64,000 nucleotides of DNA from the human T2T-CHM13v2.0 reference genome, Homo sapiens. The notes under the pieces were generated by a model. That model searched no databases, was not told the origin of the DNA, and saw only the letters and a list, made by a program, of their open reading frames with translations. Shown here piece by piece: positions 11,930 through 25,600 of the stretch. The DNA is taken from assembly GCF_009914755.1 (NCBI RefSeq), contig NC_060933.1. The stretch is one strand, 5' to 3'. A program made the position numbers and the translations under genes. How positions within the stretch are numbered: the first letter of the stretch is position 1; each line of letters starts with the position of its first letter.

Positions 11930-14900
11930 TTGATTCTTTTCAACTCCCTTACTCTCCATTACATTCCATTCCATGCGAGTTGTTCCATTCCATTCCATTC
12001 CATTCCACTCCATTCCATTGCACTCGGGTTGATTCCATTCCATTCCATTCCATTCCATTCCGGATGATTCCATTCCCTTGCATTCCGTTCCATTACATTC
12101 CCCTGCACTCGGGTTGATTCCAATCCATTCCATTCCATTCCATTCCATTCGATTCCATTCCATTCCCCTGCTCTCGCGTTGATTCCATTCCATTCCATTC
12201 CATTCCATTCCATTCCATTCCATTCCAATCCTTTCCGTTCCATTCCATTCCATTCCATTCCATTCCGTTCCCTTCCGTTCCATTCCATTCCATTCCATTC
12301 TATTCGGGTTAATTCCATTCCATTCCATTCGATTGCAATCGATTTGATTCCATTCCATTCCATTCCATTCCATTCCATTCCATTCCATTCCATTCCATTC
12401 CTTTCCATTCCATTACGGATTATTCCATTCCATTGCATTCCATTCCATTCCATTCCCCTGTACTCGGGTTGATTCCATTCCATTCCATTCCAATCCATGC
12501 CATTCCACTCGTGTTGATTCCATTCTTTCCATTCCATTCAAGTTGAATCCATTCCATTGCATTCCATTCCATTCGATTCCATTCGATTGCACTCGGGTTG
12601 ATTCCATTCCATTGCATTCCATTCCATTCCATTCCATTCCATTCCATTCCATTCCGTTCCATTCCATTACATTCAGATTGTTTCTATTCAACTCCCTTAC
12701 TCTCCATTACATTCCATTCCATTCCGTTTGTTCCATTCCATTCCATTCCATTCCACTCCATTCCATTGCACTCGGGTTGATTCCATTCCATTCCATTCCA
12801 TTCCGGAAGATTCCATTCCATTGCATTCCATTACATTCCATTCCCCTGCAATCGCGTTGATTCCATTCCATTCCATTCCATTCCATTCCATTCCATTCCA
12901 TTCCATTCCGTTCCTTTCCGTTCCATTCCATTCCATTCCATTCCATTCCATTCCGTTCCGTTCCGTTCCGTTCCATTCCATTCCATTCCATTCCATTCTA
13001 TTCGGGTTAATTCCATTCCATTCCATTCGATTGCAATCGAGTTGATTCCATTCCATTCCATTCCATTCCATTCCATTGCATTCCATTCCATTCCTTTCCA
13101 TTCCATTACGGATGACTCCATTCCATTGCATTCCATTCCATTCCATTCCCCTGTACTCCGGTTGATTCCATTCCATTCCATTCCATTCCATCCATTCCAA
13201 TCCATTCCATTCCATTCCGGATGATTCCATTCCATTGCATTCCGTTCCATTACATTCCCCTACACTCGGGTTGATTCCATTCCATTCCATTCCATTCCAT
13301 TCCATTCGTTTCCATTCCATTCCAATTCTTTCCATTCCATTCTATTCCGTACCATTCCATTCCATTCCATAAAATTCCATTCCATTCCATTCCATTCCAT
13401 TCCATTCCATTCCGTTCCGTTCCATTCCGTTCCATTCCGTTCCATTCCATTCTATTCGGGTTAATTCCATTCCATTCCATTAGAATGCAATCGAGTTGAT
13501 TCCATTCCATTCCATTTCATTCCATTCCATTCCATTCCGTTCCGTTCCGTTCCGTTCCGTTCCATTCCATTCCATTCCATTCTATTCTGGTTAATTCCAT
13601 TCCATTCCATTCCATTCCATTCTTTTCCATTCCATTGCAATCGAGTTGAATCCATTGCATTCCATTCCATTCCATTCCATTCCATTCCATTCCATTCCAT
13701 TCCGGAAGATTCCATTCCATTTCATTCAATTCCATTCCATTCCCCTGCACTCGCATTTATTCTTTTCAGTTCCAATCCATTCCATTCCATTCCATTCCGT
13801 TCCGTTCCATTCCATTCCATTCCATTCCGTTTCGTTCCATTCCGTTCCATTCCATTCCATTCCATTCTATTCGGGTTAATTCCATTCCATTCCATTCGAA
13901 TGCAATCGAGTTGATTCCATTCCATTCCATTCCATTCCATTCCATTCCATTCCATTCCATTCCATTCCATTCCGTTCCATTACATTACGAATGATTCCAT
14001 TCCATTGCATTCCATTCCATTCCATTCCCCTGTACTCGGGTTGATTCCATTCCATTCCATTCCATTCCATGCCATTCCACTCGTGTTGATTCCATTCTTT
14101 CCATTCCATTCAAGTTGAATCCATTCCATTGCATTCCATTCCATTCGATTCCATTCCATTGCACTCGGGTTTATTCCATTCCATTGCATTCCATTCCATT
14201 CCATTCCATTCCATTCCATTCCGTTCCATTCCATTCCATTACATTCGGATTGATTCTATTCAATTCCCTTACACTCCATCACATTCCATTCCATTCGGGT
14301 AGTTTCCATTCCATTCCATTCCATTCCTCTCCATTCCATTGCACTCGGGTTGATTCCATTCCATTCCATTCCATTCCATTCCATTCCATTCCATTCCGTT
14401 CCATTGCATTCCATAAATTTCGGATTGATTCTTTTCAACTCTCTTACTCTCCATTACATTCCAGTCCATTCGGGTTGTTCCATTCCATTCCATTCCATTC
14501 CACTCCATTCCATTGCACTCGGGTTGATTCCATTCCATTCCATTCCATTCCATTCCGGATGATTCCATTCCATTGCATTCCGTTCCATTACATTCCCCTG
14601 CACTCGGGTTGATTCCATTCCATTCCATTCCATTCCATTCCATTCCATTCCATTCCATTCCCCTGCCCTCGCGTTGATTCCATTCCATTCCATTCCATTC
14701 CATTCCATTCCATTCCAATCCTTTCCGTTCCATTCCATTCCATTCCATTCCATTCCGTTCCGTTCCGTTCCATTCCATTCCGTTGCATTCTATTCGGGTT
14801 AATTCCATTCCATTCCACTGGATTGCAATCGAGTTGATTCCATTCCATTCCATTCCATTCCATTCCATTCCATTCCATTCCATTCCTTTCCATTCCATTA

Positions 14901-15600
14901 CGGATTATTCCATTCCATTGCATTCCATTCCATTCCATTCCCCTGTACTCGGGTTGATTCCATTCCATTCCATTCCAATCCATGCCATTCCACTCGTGTT
15001 GATTCCATTCTTTCCATTCCATTCAAGTTGAATCCATTCCATTGCATTCCATTCCATTCGATTCCATTCGATTGCACTCGGGTTGATTCCATTCCATTGC
15101 ATTCCATTCCATTCCATTCCATTCCATTCCATTCCATTCCGTTCCATTCCATTACATTCAGATTGTTTCTATTCAACTCCCTTACTCTCCATTACATTCC
15201 ATTCCATTCGGTTTGTTCCATTCCATTCCATTCCATTCCACTCCATTCCATTGCACTCGGGTTGATTCCATTCCATTCCATTCCATTCCAGAAGATTCCA
15301 TTCCATTGCATTCCATTACATTCCATTCCCCTGCACTCGCGTTGATTCCATTCCATTCCATTCCATTCCATTCCATTCCATTCCATTCCGTTCCTTTCCG
15401 TTCCATTCCATTCCATTCCATTCCATTCCGTTCCGTTCCGTTCCGTTCCATTCCATTCCATTCCATTCCATTCTATTCGGGTTAATTCCATTCCATTCCA
15501 TTCGATTGCAATCGAGATGATTCCATTCCATTCCATTCCATTCCATTCCATTGCATTCCATTCCATTCCTTTCCATTCCATTACGGATGACTCCATTCCA
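11930..15600 (+). repeat. Duplication with offset 2485: ~11.93-13.12 kb is repeated at ~14.42-15.60 kb
   Basis: Private variants GGATTATTCC (12417/14902), CAGATTGTTTCT (12674/15159) and GATGACTCC (13111/15586). ORFs 12413..12691 and 14898..15176 are identical. Confidence 0.85.
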
Positions 15601-18600
15601 TTCCATTCCTTTCCATTCCATTCCAATCGATTTGATTCCATTCCATTCCATTCCATTCCACTCCATTCCAGTCCTTTCCTTTCCATTCCACTTGGGTTCA
15701 TTCCATTCTATTCCTTTCCATTCCATTCCATTCCATTGCAATCGAGTTGATTCCATTCGAGTTGAATACATTCCATTCCATTCCATTCCATTCCATTGCA
15801 CACGGGTTCATTCCATTCCATTCCATTAAATTCCATTCCATTCCATTTCATTCCATTCCATTCTATTCCGTACCATTCCATTCCATCCCATTCCATTCCA
15901 TTCCATTCCATTCCATGCCATTACACTCGGGTTGATTCCATTCCTTTCCATTCCATTCTTGTTGAATCCATTCCATTCCATTCCATTCCATTCCATTCCA
16001 TTCCATTCCGTTCCATTGCATTCCATAAATTTCGGATTGATTCTTTTCAACTCTCTTACTCTCCATTACATTCCAGTCCATTCGGGTTGTTCCATTCCAT
16101 TCCATTGCATTCCACTCCATTCCATTGCACTCGGGTTGATTCCATTCCATTCCATTCCATTCCATTCCGGAAGATTCCATTCCATTGCATTCCATTCCAT
16201 TCCATTCCCCTGCACTCGCGTTGATTCCATTCCATTCCATTCCATTCCAATCGAGTTGATTCCATTCCATTCCATTCCATTCCATTCGAATCCATTCCAT
16301 TGCACTCGGGTTGATTCCATTCCATTCCATTCCATTCCATTTCATTCCATTCCATTCCATTACATTCGGATTTATTCTATTCAATTCCCTTACACTCCAT
16401 TACATTACATTCCATTCGGGATGTTTCCATTCCATTCCATTCCATTCCACTCCATTCCATTGCATCGGGTTGATTGCATTCCATTCCATTCCATTCCATT
16501 CCATTCCGGATGATTCCATTCCATTGCATTCCATTCCATTCCATTCCCCTGCACTCGGGTTGATTACATTCCATTCCATTCCCTTCCATTCCTTTCCAAT
16601 CCATTCCACTCCATTGCAATCGAGTTGATTCCATTCCATTCCATTCCACTCCATTCCATTCCATTCCATTCCATTCCGGATGATTGCATTCCATGACATT
16701 CCATTCCATTCCATTCCCCTGCACTCGGGTTGATTCCATTCCATTTCATTCCATTACATTCCGTTCCATTCCATTCCATTCCATTCTATTCGGGTAAATT
16801 CTATTCCATTCCATTCCATTCCATTCCATTCCGTTCCATTCCATTGCAATCTAGTTGATTCGACTCCATTCCATTCCATTCCAGTGCATTCCAATCGATT
16901 TGATTCCATTCCATTCCATTCCATTCCAGTCCATTCCAGTCCTTTCCATTCCATTCCAGTGGGGTTGATTCCATTCTATTCCTTTCCATTCCATTCCATT
17001 CCATTGCAATCGAGTTGATTCCATTCCATTCCATTCCATTCCATTCCATTCCATTCCAAACGATTTGATTCCATTCCATTCCATTCCATTCCACTCCATT
17101 CCAGTCCTTTCCATTCCATTCCACTCGGGTTGATTCCATTCTATTCCTTTCCACTCCATTCCATTCCATTGAAATCGAGTTGATTCCTTTCGAGTTGAAA
17201 CCATTCCATTCCATTCCATTCCATTACATTGCACACGGGTTCATTCCATTCTATTCCATTCCATTCCATTCCATTCCATTCCATTCCACTCCATTCCAGT
17301 CCTTTCCATTCCATTCCACTCGGGTTGATTCCATTGTATTCCTTTCCATTCCATTCCATTCCATTTCAATCGAGTTCATTCCATTGCTTTGCATTCCATT
17401 CCATTCCATTCCATTCCGGATGATTCCATTCCATTGCATTCCATTACATTCCATTCCCCTGCACTCGGGTTGATTCCATTCCATTCCACTCCATTCCGTT
17501 CCATTCCATTCCATTCCATTGTATTCCGGTTAATTTCATTCCATTCCATTCCATTCCATTCCATTCCATTCCAATCCATTACAATCGAGTTGATTCCATT
17601 CCATTCCATGCAATTCCATTCCAGTCCTTTGCATTCCATTCCACTCAAGTTGATTCCATTCTATTAGTTTCCATTCCTTTCCATTCCCTTCCATTCCACT
17701 CTGGTTGATTCCATTCCTTTCCATTCCACTCGAATACATTCCCTCCTATTCCACTCGGAACGATTCCATTCCATTCCATTCCATTCAATTCCATTCCGTT
17801 CTATTCCATTCCATTCCATTCCATTTCTTTCCATTCCATTCTATTCCGTACCATTCCATTGCATTCCATTCCATTCCATTGCATTCCATTCCACTCGTGT
17901 TGATTCCATTCCTTTCCATTCCATTCGGTATGAAGGCATTCCATTCCATTCAATTCCATTCCATTCCATTCCATTCCATTCCATTCCATTCCATTCCATT
18001 CCATTGTACTCGGGTTGATTCCATTCCATTGCATTCCATTCCATTCCATTCCGTTGCATTCCATTCCATTACATTCGGATTGATTCTATTCAACTCCCTT
18101 ACTCTCCATTACATTCCATTCCATTCGGGTTGTTCCATTCCATTCCATTCCATTCCACTCCATTCCATTGCCCTCGGGTTGATTCCATTCCATTCCATTC
18201 CATTCCATTCCATTCCATTCCATTACAATTCCTTCCATTCCATTCTATTCCGTACCATTCCATTCCATTCCATACCATTCCATTCCATTCCATTCCATTA
18301 CAATTCCTTCCATTCCATTCTATTCCGTACCATTCCATTCCATTCCATACCATTCCATTCCATTCCATTCCATTCCATTCCGTTCCATTCCCTTCCATTC
18401 CATTCCATTCCATTCCATTCTATTCGGGTTAATTCCATTCCATTCCATTCCATTCCATTCTATTCCATTCCATTTCAATCGAGATGAATGCATTGCATTT
18501 CATTCCATTCCATTCCATTCCATTCCATTGCATTCCATTCCATTCCATTCCATTCCATTCCATTCCATTCCTTTCCGTTCCATTCCATTCCATTCCATTC

Positions 18601-21600
18601 CATTCCATTCCGTTCCGTTCCGTTCCGTTCCATTCCATTCCATCCCATTCTATTCGGGTTATTTCCATTCCATTCCATTCGATTGGAACCGAGTTGATTC
18701 CATTCCATTCCATTCCATTCCATTCCATTCCATTCCATTCCTTTCCATTCCATTACGGATGATTCCATTCCATTGCATTCCATTCCATTCCATTCCCCTG
18801 TACTCGGGTTGATTCCATTCCATTCCATTCCAATCCATGCCATTCCACTCGTGTTGATTCCATTCTTTCCATTCCATTCAAGTTGAATCCATTCCTTTGC
18901 ATTCCATTCCATTCCATTCCCCTGCAGTCGGGTTGATTCCATTCCATTCCATTCCATTCCATTCCATTCCATTCCTTTCCGTTCCATTCCATTCCATTCC
19001 ATTCCATTCCGTTCCGTTCCGTTCCGTTCCATTCCGTTCCATTCCATTCCATTCTATTCTATTCGGGTTAATTCCATTCCATTCCATTCGATTGCAATCG
19101 AGTTGATTCCATTCCATTCCATTCCATTCCATTCCATTCCATTCCATTCCATTCCTTTCCATTCCATTACGGATGATTCCATTCCATTGCATTCCATTCC
19201 ATTCCATTCCCCTGTACTCGGGTTGATTCCATTCCATTCCATTCCAATCCATGCCATTCCACTCGTGTTGATTCCATTCTTTCCATTCCATTCAAGTTGA
19301 ATCCATTACATTGCATTCCATTCCATTCGATTCCATTCAATTGCACTCGGGTTGATTCCATTCCATTGCATTCCATTCCATTCCATTCCATTCCATTCCA
19401 TTCCATTCCATTCCGTTCCATTCCATTTCATTACATTCAGATTGATTCTATTCAATTCACTTACACTCCATTATATTCCAATCTATTCTGGTTGTTTCCT
19501 TTCCATTCCATTCCATTTCACTCCATTCCATTGCACTCGGGTTGATTCCGTTCCATTCCATTCCATTGCATTCCATTCCATTCCATTCCGGATGATTCCA
19601 TTCCGTTGCATTCCATTCCATTCCATTCCCCTGCACTCGCGTTGATTCTATTCCATTCCATTCTTTACATTCCGTTCCATTCCATTCCATTCCATTTGGA
19701 TTGATTCTATTCAATTCCCTTACACTCCATTACATTCCATTCCATTCGGGTATTTTCCATTCCATTCCATTCCATTCCTCTCCATTGCATTGCACTTGGG
19801 TTGATTCCATTCCTTTCTTTCCATTCCATTCCATTCCATTCCATTCCATTCCATTCCATTCCATTGTACTCGGGTTGATTCCCTTCCATTGCATTCCATT
19901 CCATTCCATTCCATTCGATTCCATTCCATTCCATTCCGTTCAATTCCATTACATTCGGATTGTTTCTATTCAACTCCCTTACTCTCCATTACATTCCATT
20001 CCATTCGCGTTGTTCCATTCCATTCCATTCCATTCCACTCCATTCCATTGCACTCGTGTTGATTCCATTCCATTCCATTCCATTCCATTCCATTCCAATC
20101 CATTGTACTCGGTTTGATTCCATTCCATTGCATTCCATTCCATTCCATTCCATTCCTTTCCATTCCTTTCCATTACATTCGGATTGATTCTATTCAACTC
20201 CCTTACTCTCCATTACATTCCATTCCATTCGGGTAGTTCCATTCCATTCCATTCCATTCCATTCCACTCCATTCCATTGCACTCGTGTTGATTCCATTCC
20301 ATTCCATTGCATTCCGTTCCGCATGATTCCATTCCATTGCATTCCATTCCATTCCATTCCCCTGCAGTTGGGTTGATTCCATTCCATTCCATTCAATTCC
20401 ATTCCATTCCATTCCGTTCCGTTCCATTCCATTCCAATCCATTCCGTTCCATTCCATTCCTTTCCGTTCCATTCCATTCCATTCCATTCCATTCCATTCC
20501 ATTCCGTTCCGTTCCGTTCCGTTCCGTTCCATTCCATTCCATTCCATTCTATTCGGGTTAATTCCATTCCATTCCATTCGATTGCAATCGAGTTGATTCC
20601 ATTCCATTCCATTCCATTCCATTCCGTTCGATTCCATTCCATTCCTTTCCATTCCATTACGGATGATTCCATTCCATTGCATTCCATTCCATTCCAATCC
20701 ATTGTATTCGGGTTAATTCCATTCCATTCCATTCCATTCCATTCCATTCCATTCCATTACAATCGAGTTGATTCCATTCCATTCCATTCCATTCCATTCC
20801 ATTCCAGTCCTTTCCATTCCATTCCACTCGGGTTGATTCCATTCTATTAGTTTCCATTCCATTCCATTCCCTTCCATTCCACTCTGGTTGATTCCATTCC
20901 TTTCCATTCCACTCGAATACATTCTCTCCTATTCCACTCGGAACGATTCCATTCCATTCCATTCCATTCCATTCCAATCCATTCCATTCCATTCCGGTTG
21001 ATTCCATTCCATTGCAATCCATTCCATTCCATTCCCCTGCACTCGCGTTGATTCCATTCCATTGCATTCCATTCCATTCCGTTCCGTTCCGTTCCATTCC
21101 ATTCCATTCCATTCCGTTCCGTTCCGTTCCGTTGCATTCCATTCCATTCTATTCGGGTTAATTCCATTCCATTCCATTCGATTGCAATCGAGTTGATTCC
21201 ATTCCATTCCATTCCATTCCATTCCATTCCTTTCCATTACATTACGGATGATTCCATTCCATTGCATTCCATTCCATTCCATTCCCCTGTTATCGGTTTG
21301 ATTTCCTTCCATTCCATTCCATTCCATGCCATTCCACTCCTGTTGATTCCATTCTTTCCATTCCATTCAAGTTGAATCCATTCCATTGCATTCCATTCCA
21401 TTCGATTCCATTCGATTGCACTCGGGTTGATTCCATTCCATTGCATTCCATTCTGTTCCGTTCCCTTCCATTACTTTCGGATTGATTCTATTCAATTCCC
21501 TTACACTCCATTACATTCCATTCCATTCGGGTAGTTTCCATTCCATTCCATTCCATTCCTCTCCATTCCATTGCACTCGGGTTGATTCCATTCCATTCCA

Positions 21601-24600
21601 TTCCATTCCATTCCATTCCATTCCGGATGATTCCATTCCATTGAATTCCATTCCATTCCATTCCCCTGCACTTGGGTTGATTCCATTCCATTCCATTCCA
21701 TTCCATTCCTTTCCGTTCCATTCCATTCCATTCAATTCCATTCCATTCTATTCGTGTTAATTCCATTCCATTCTATTCCATTCCATTCCATTGAAATCGA
21801 GTTGATTCCATTCCATTCCATTCCATTCCATTCAATTCCATTCCATTCCGGATGTTTCCATTCCATTGCATTCCATTCCATTCCATTCCCCTGCACTCGG
21901 GTTGAATCCATTCCATTCCATTCCATTCCATTCCGTTCCATTCCGTTCCATTCCATTCTATTCGGGTTAATTCCATTCCATTCCATTCCACTCCATTCCA
22001 GTCTTTTCCATTCCATTCCACTCGGGTTGATTCCTTTCTATTCCTTTCCATTCCATTCCATTCCATTGCAATCGGGTTGATTCCATTCGAGTTGAATCCA
22101 TTCCATTCCATTCCATTCCATTACATTGCACACAGGTTCATTCCATTCCATTCCATTAAATTCCATTCCACTCCATTTCATTCCATTCCATTCCATTCCA
22201 TTCTATTCCGTACCATTCCATTCCATCCCATTCCATTCCATTCCATTCCATTCCATGCCATTACACTCGGGTTGATTCCATTCCTTTCCATTCCATTCTT
22301 GTTGAATCCATTCCATTCCATTCCATTCCATTCGAATCCATTCCATTGCACTCGGGTTGATTCCATTCCATTCCACTCCATTCCATTTCATTCCATTCCA
22401 TTCCATTACATTCGGATTTATTCTATTCAATTCCCTTACACTCCATTACATTCCATTCCATTCGGGATGTTTCCATTCCATTCCATTCCATTCCATTCCA
22501 CTCCATTCCATTGCATTGGGTTGATTGCATTCCATTCCATTCCATTCCATTCCGGATGATTCCATTCCATTGCATTCCATTCCATTCCATTCCCCTGCAC
22601 TCGGGTTGATTACATTCCATTCCATTCCCTTCCATTCATTTCCATTCCATTCCACTCCATTGCAATCGAGTTGATTCCATTCCATTCCATTCCATTCCAT
22701 TCCATTCCATTCCGGATGATTGCATTCCATTGCATTCCATTCCATTCCATTCCCCTGCACTCGGGTTGATTCCATTCCATTTCATTCCATTACATTCCGT
22801 TCCATTCCATTCCATTCCATTCTATTCGGGTTAATTCCATTCCATTCCATTAAAATTCCATTCCATTCCATTCCATTGCAATCGAGTTGATTCCATTCCA
22901 TTCCATTCCATTCCATTCCATTCCAATCGATTTGATTCCATTCCATTCCATTCCATTCCACTCCATTCCAGTCCTTTCCATTCCATTCCACTCGGATTGA
23001 TTCCAGTCTATTCCTTTCCATTCCATTCCATTCCATTGCAATCGAGTTGATTCGTTTCGAGATGAATCCATTCCATTCCATTCCATTCCATTCCATTGCA
23101 CACGGGTTCATTCCATTCCATTCCATTCCATTCCATTCCATTCCATTCCATTTCATTCCATTCCATTCTATTCCGTACCATTCCATTCCATCCCGTTCCA
23201 TTCCATTCCATTGCATGCCATTACACTCGGGTTGATTCCATTCCTTTCCATTCCATTCTTGTTGAATCCATTCCATTCCATTCCATTATATTCGAATCCA
23301 TTCCATTCCATTCGAATCCATTCCATTGCACTCGGTTTGATCCATTCCATTCCATTCCATTCCATTTCATTCCATTCCCTTCCATTTCATTCGGACTGAT
23401 TCTATTCAATTGCCTTACACTCCATTACATTCCATTCCATTCGGGATGTTTCCATTCCATTCCATTCCATTCCATTCCATTCCATTCCATTGCATCGGGA
23501 TCATTCCATTCCATTCCATTCCATTCCATTCCATTCCATTCCATTCCGTATGATTCCATTCCATTGCATTCAATTCCATTCCATTCCCCTGCACTCGGGT
23601 TGATTACATTCCATTCCATTCCCTTCCATTCCTTACCATTCCATTCCATTCCATTCTATTCGGGTTAATTCCATTCCATTCAACTCCATTCCATTCCATT
23701 CCATTCCATTCCATTCCATTCCATTGCAATCGAGTTGATTCCATTCCATTCCATTCCATTCCGTTCCGGATGATTCCATTCCATTGCATTCCATTCCATT
23801 CCATTCCCGTGCAGTCGGGTTGATTCCATTCCATTCCATTCCATTCCACTCCGTTCCGTTCCGTTCCATTCCATTCCATTCCATTCCATTCTATTCTGGT
23901 TAATTCCATTCCATTCCATTCCATTCCATTCCAATCGAGTTGATTCCATTCCATTCCATTCCATTCCATTCCACTCCATTCCAGTCCTTTGCATTCCATT
24001 CCACTCTGGTTGATTCCATTCTATTCCTTTCCATTCCAATCCATTCCATTGCAATCGAGTTGATTCCATTCGAGTTGAATCCATTCAATTCCATTTCATT
24101 CTATTACATTGCACACGGGTTCATTCCATTCCATTCCATTAAATTCCATTCCATTCCATTTCATTCCATTCCATTCTATTCCGTACCATTCCATTCCATC
24201 CCATTCCATTCCATTCCATTCCATTCCATCCCATTGCATTCCATTCCATTCCATTCCATGCCATTACACTCGGGTTGATTCCATTCCTTTGCATTCCATT
24301 CTTGTTGAATCCATTCCATTCCATTCCATTCCATTCGAATCCATTCCATTGCACTCGGGTTGATTCCATTCCATTCCATTCCATTCCATTTCATTCCATT
24401 CCATTCCATTACATTCGGATTGATTCTATTCAATTCCCTTACACTCCATTACATTCCATTCCATTCGGGATGTTTCCATTCCATTCCATTCCATTCCATT
24501 CCACTCCATTCCATTGCATCGGGTTGATTGCATTCCATTCCAATCCATTCCATTCCGGATGATTCCATTCCATTGCATTCCATTCCATTCCATTCCCCTG

Positions 24601-25600
24601 CACTCGTATTGATTCCATTCCATTTCATTCCATTACATTCCGTTCCATTCCATTCCATTCCATTCTATTCAGGTTAATTCCATTCCATTCCATTCCATTC
24701 CATTCCATTCCATTCCAATCGAGTTGATTCCATTCCATTCCATTCCATTCCATTCCTTTCCATTCCATTCCAATCGATTTGATTCCATTCCATTCCATTC
24801 CATTCCACTCCATTCCAGTCCTTTCCTTTCCATTCCACTTGGGTTGATTCCATTCTATTCCTTTCCATTCCATTCCATTCCATTACAATCGAGTTGATTC
24901 CATTCGAGTTGAATACATTCCATTCCATTCCATTCCATTCCATTGCACACGGGTTCATTCCATTCCATTCCATTAAATTCCATTCCATTCCATTTCATTC
25001 CATTCCATTCTATTCCGTACCATTCCATTCCATCCCATTCCATTCCATTCCATTCCATTCCATGCCATTACACTCGGGTTGATTCCATTCCTTTCCATTC
25101 CATTCTTGTTGAATCCATTCCATTCCATTCCATTCCATTCGAATCCATTCCATTGCACTCTGGTTGATTCCATTCCGTTCCATTCCATTCCATTTCATTC
25201 CATTCCATTCCATTACATTCGGATTTATTCTATTCAATTCCCTTACACTCCATTACATTACATTCCATTCGGGAAGTTTCCATTCCATTCCATTCCATTC
25301 CACTCCATTCCATTGCATCGGGTTGATTGCATTCCATTCCATTCCATTCCATTCCATTCCGGATGATTCCATTCCATTGCATTCCATTCCATTCCATTCC
25401 CCTGCACTCGGGTTGATTCCATTCCATTCCATTCCCTTCCATTCCTTTCCATTCCATTCCACTCCATTGCAATCGAGTTGATTCCATTCCATTCAATTCC
25501 ACTCCATTCCATTCCATTCCATTCCATTCCGGATGATTGCATTCCATGACATTCCATTCCATTCCATTCCCCTGCACTCGGGTTGATTCCATTCCATTCC
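15600..25600 (+). repeat. Divergent SatIII sub-domain enriched in a second motif set, including a ~0.83-1.0 kb periodic sub-array at ~21.9-25.6 kb
   Basis: CACAC(G/A)GGTTCATT at 15799, 17232, 22129, 23099, 24112 and 24946. CTTGTTGAATCC at 15958, 22298, 23258, 24301 and 25105. These motifs are absent from most of the window. Confidence 0.75.
18221..18370 (+). repeat. 75-bp local tandem duplication
   Basis: CATTACAATTCCTTCC...CGTACC...CATACC at 18221 and 18296. Both copies carry the private CAATTCCTTCC variant (elsewhere CAATTCGTTCC). Confidence 0.85.

Noticed and set aside
13761-13770. Splice-acceptor-like TCTTTTCAG on the + strand
   Set aside because: It is isolated, the whole strand is pyrimidine-rich, and there is no exon or donor context.
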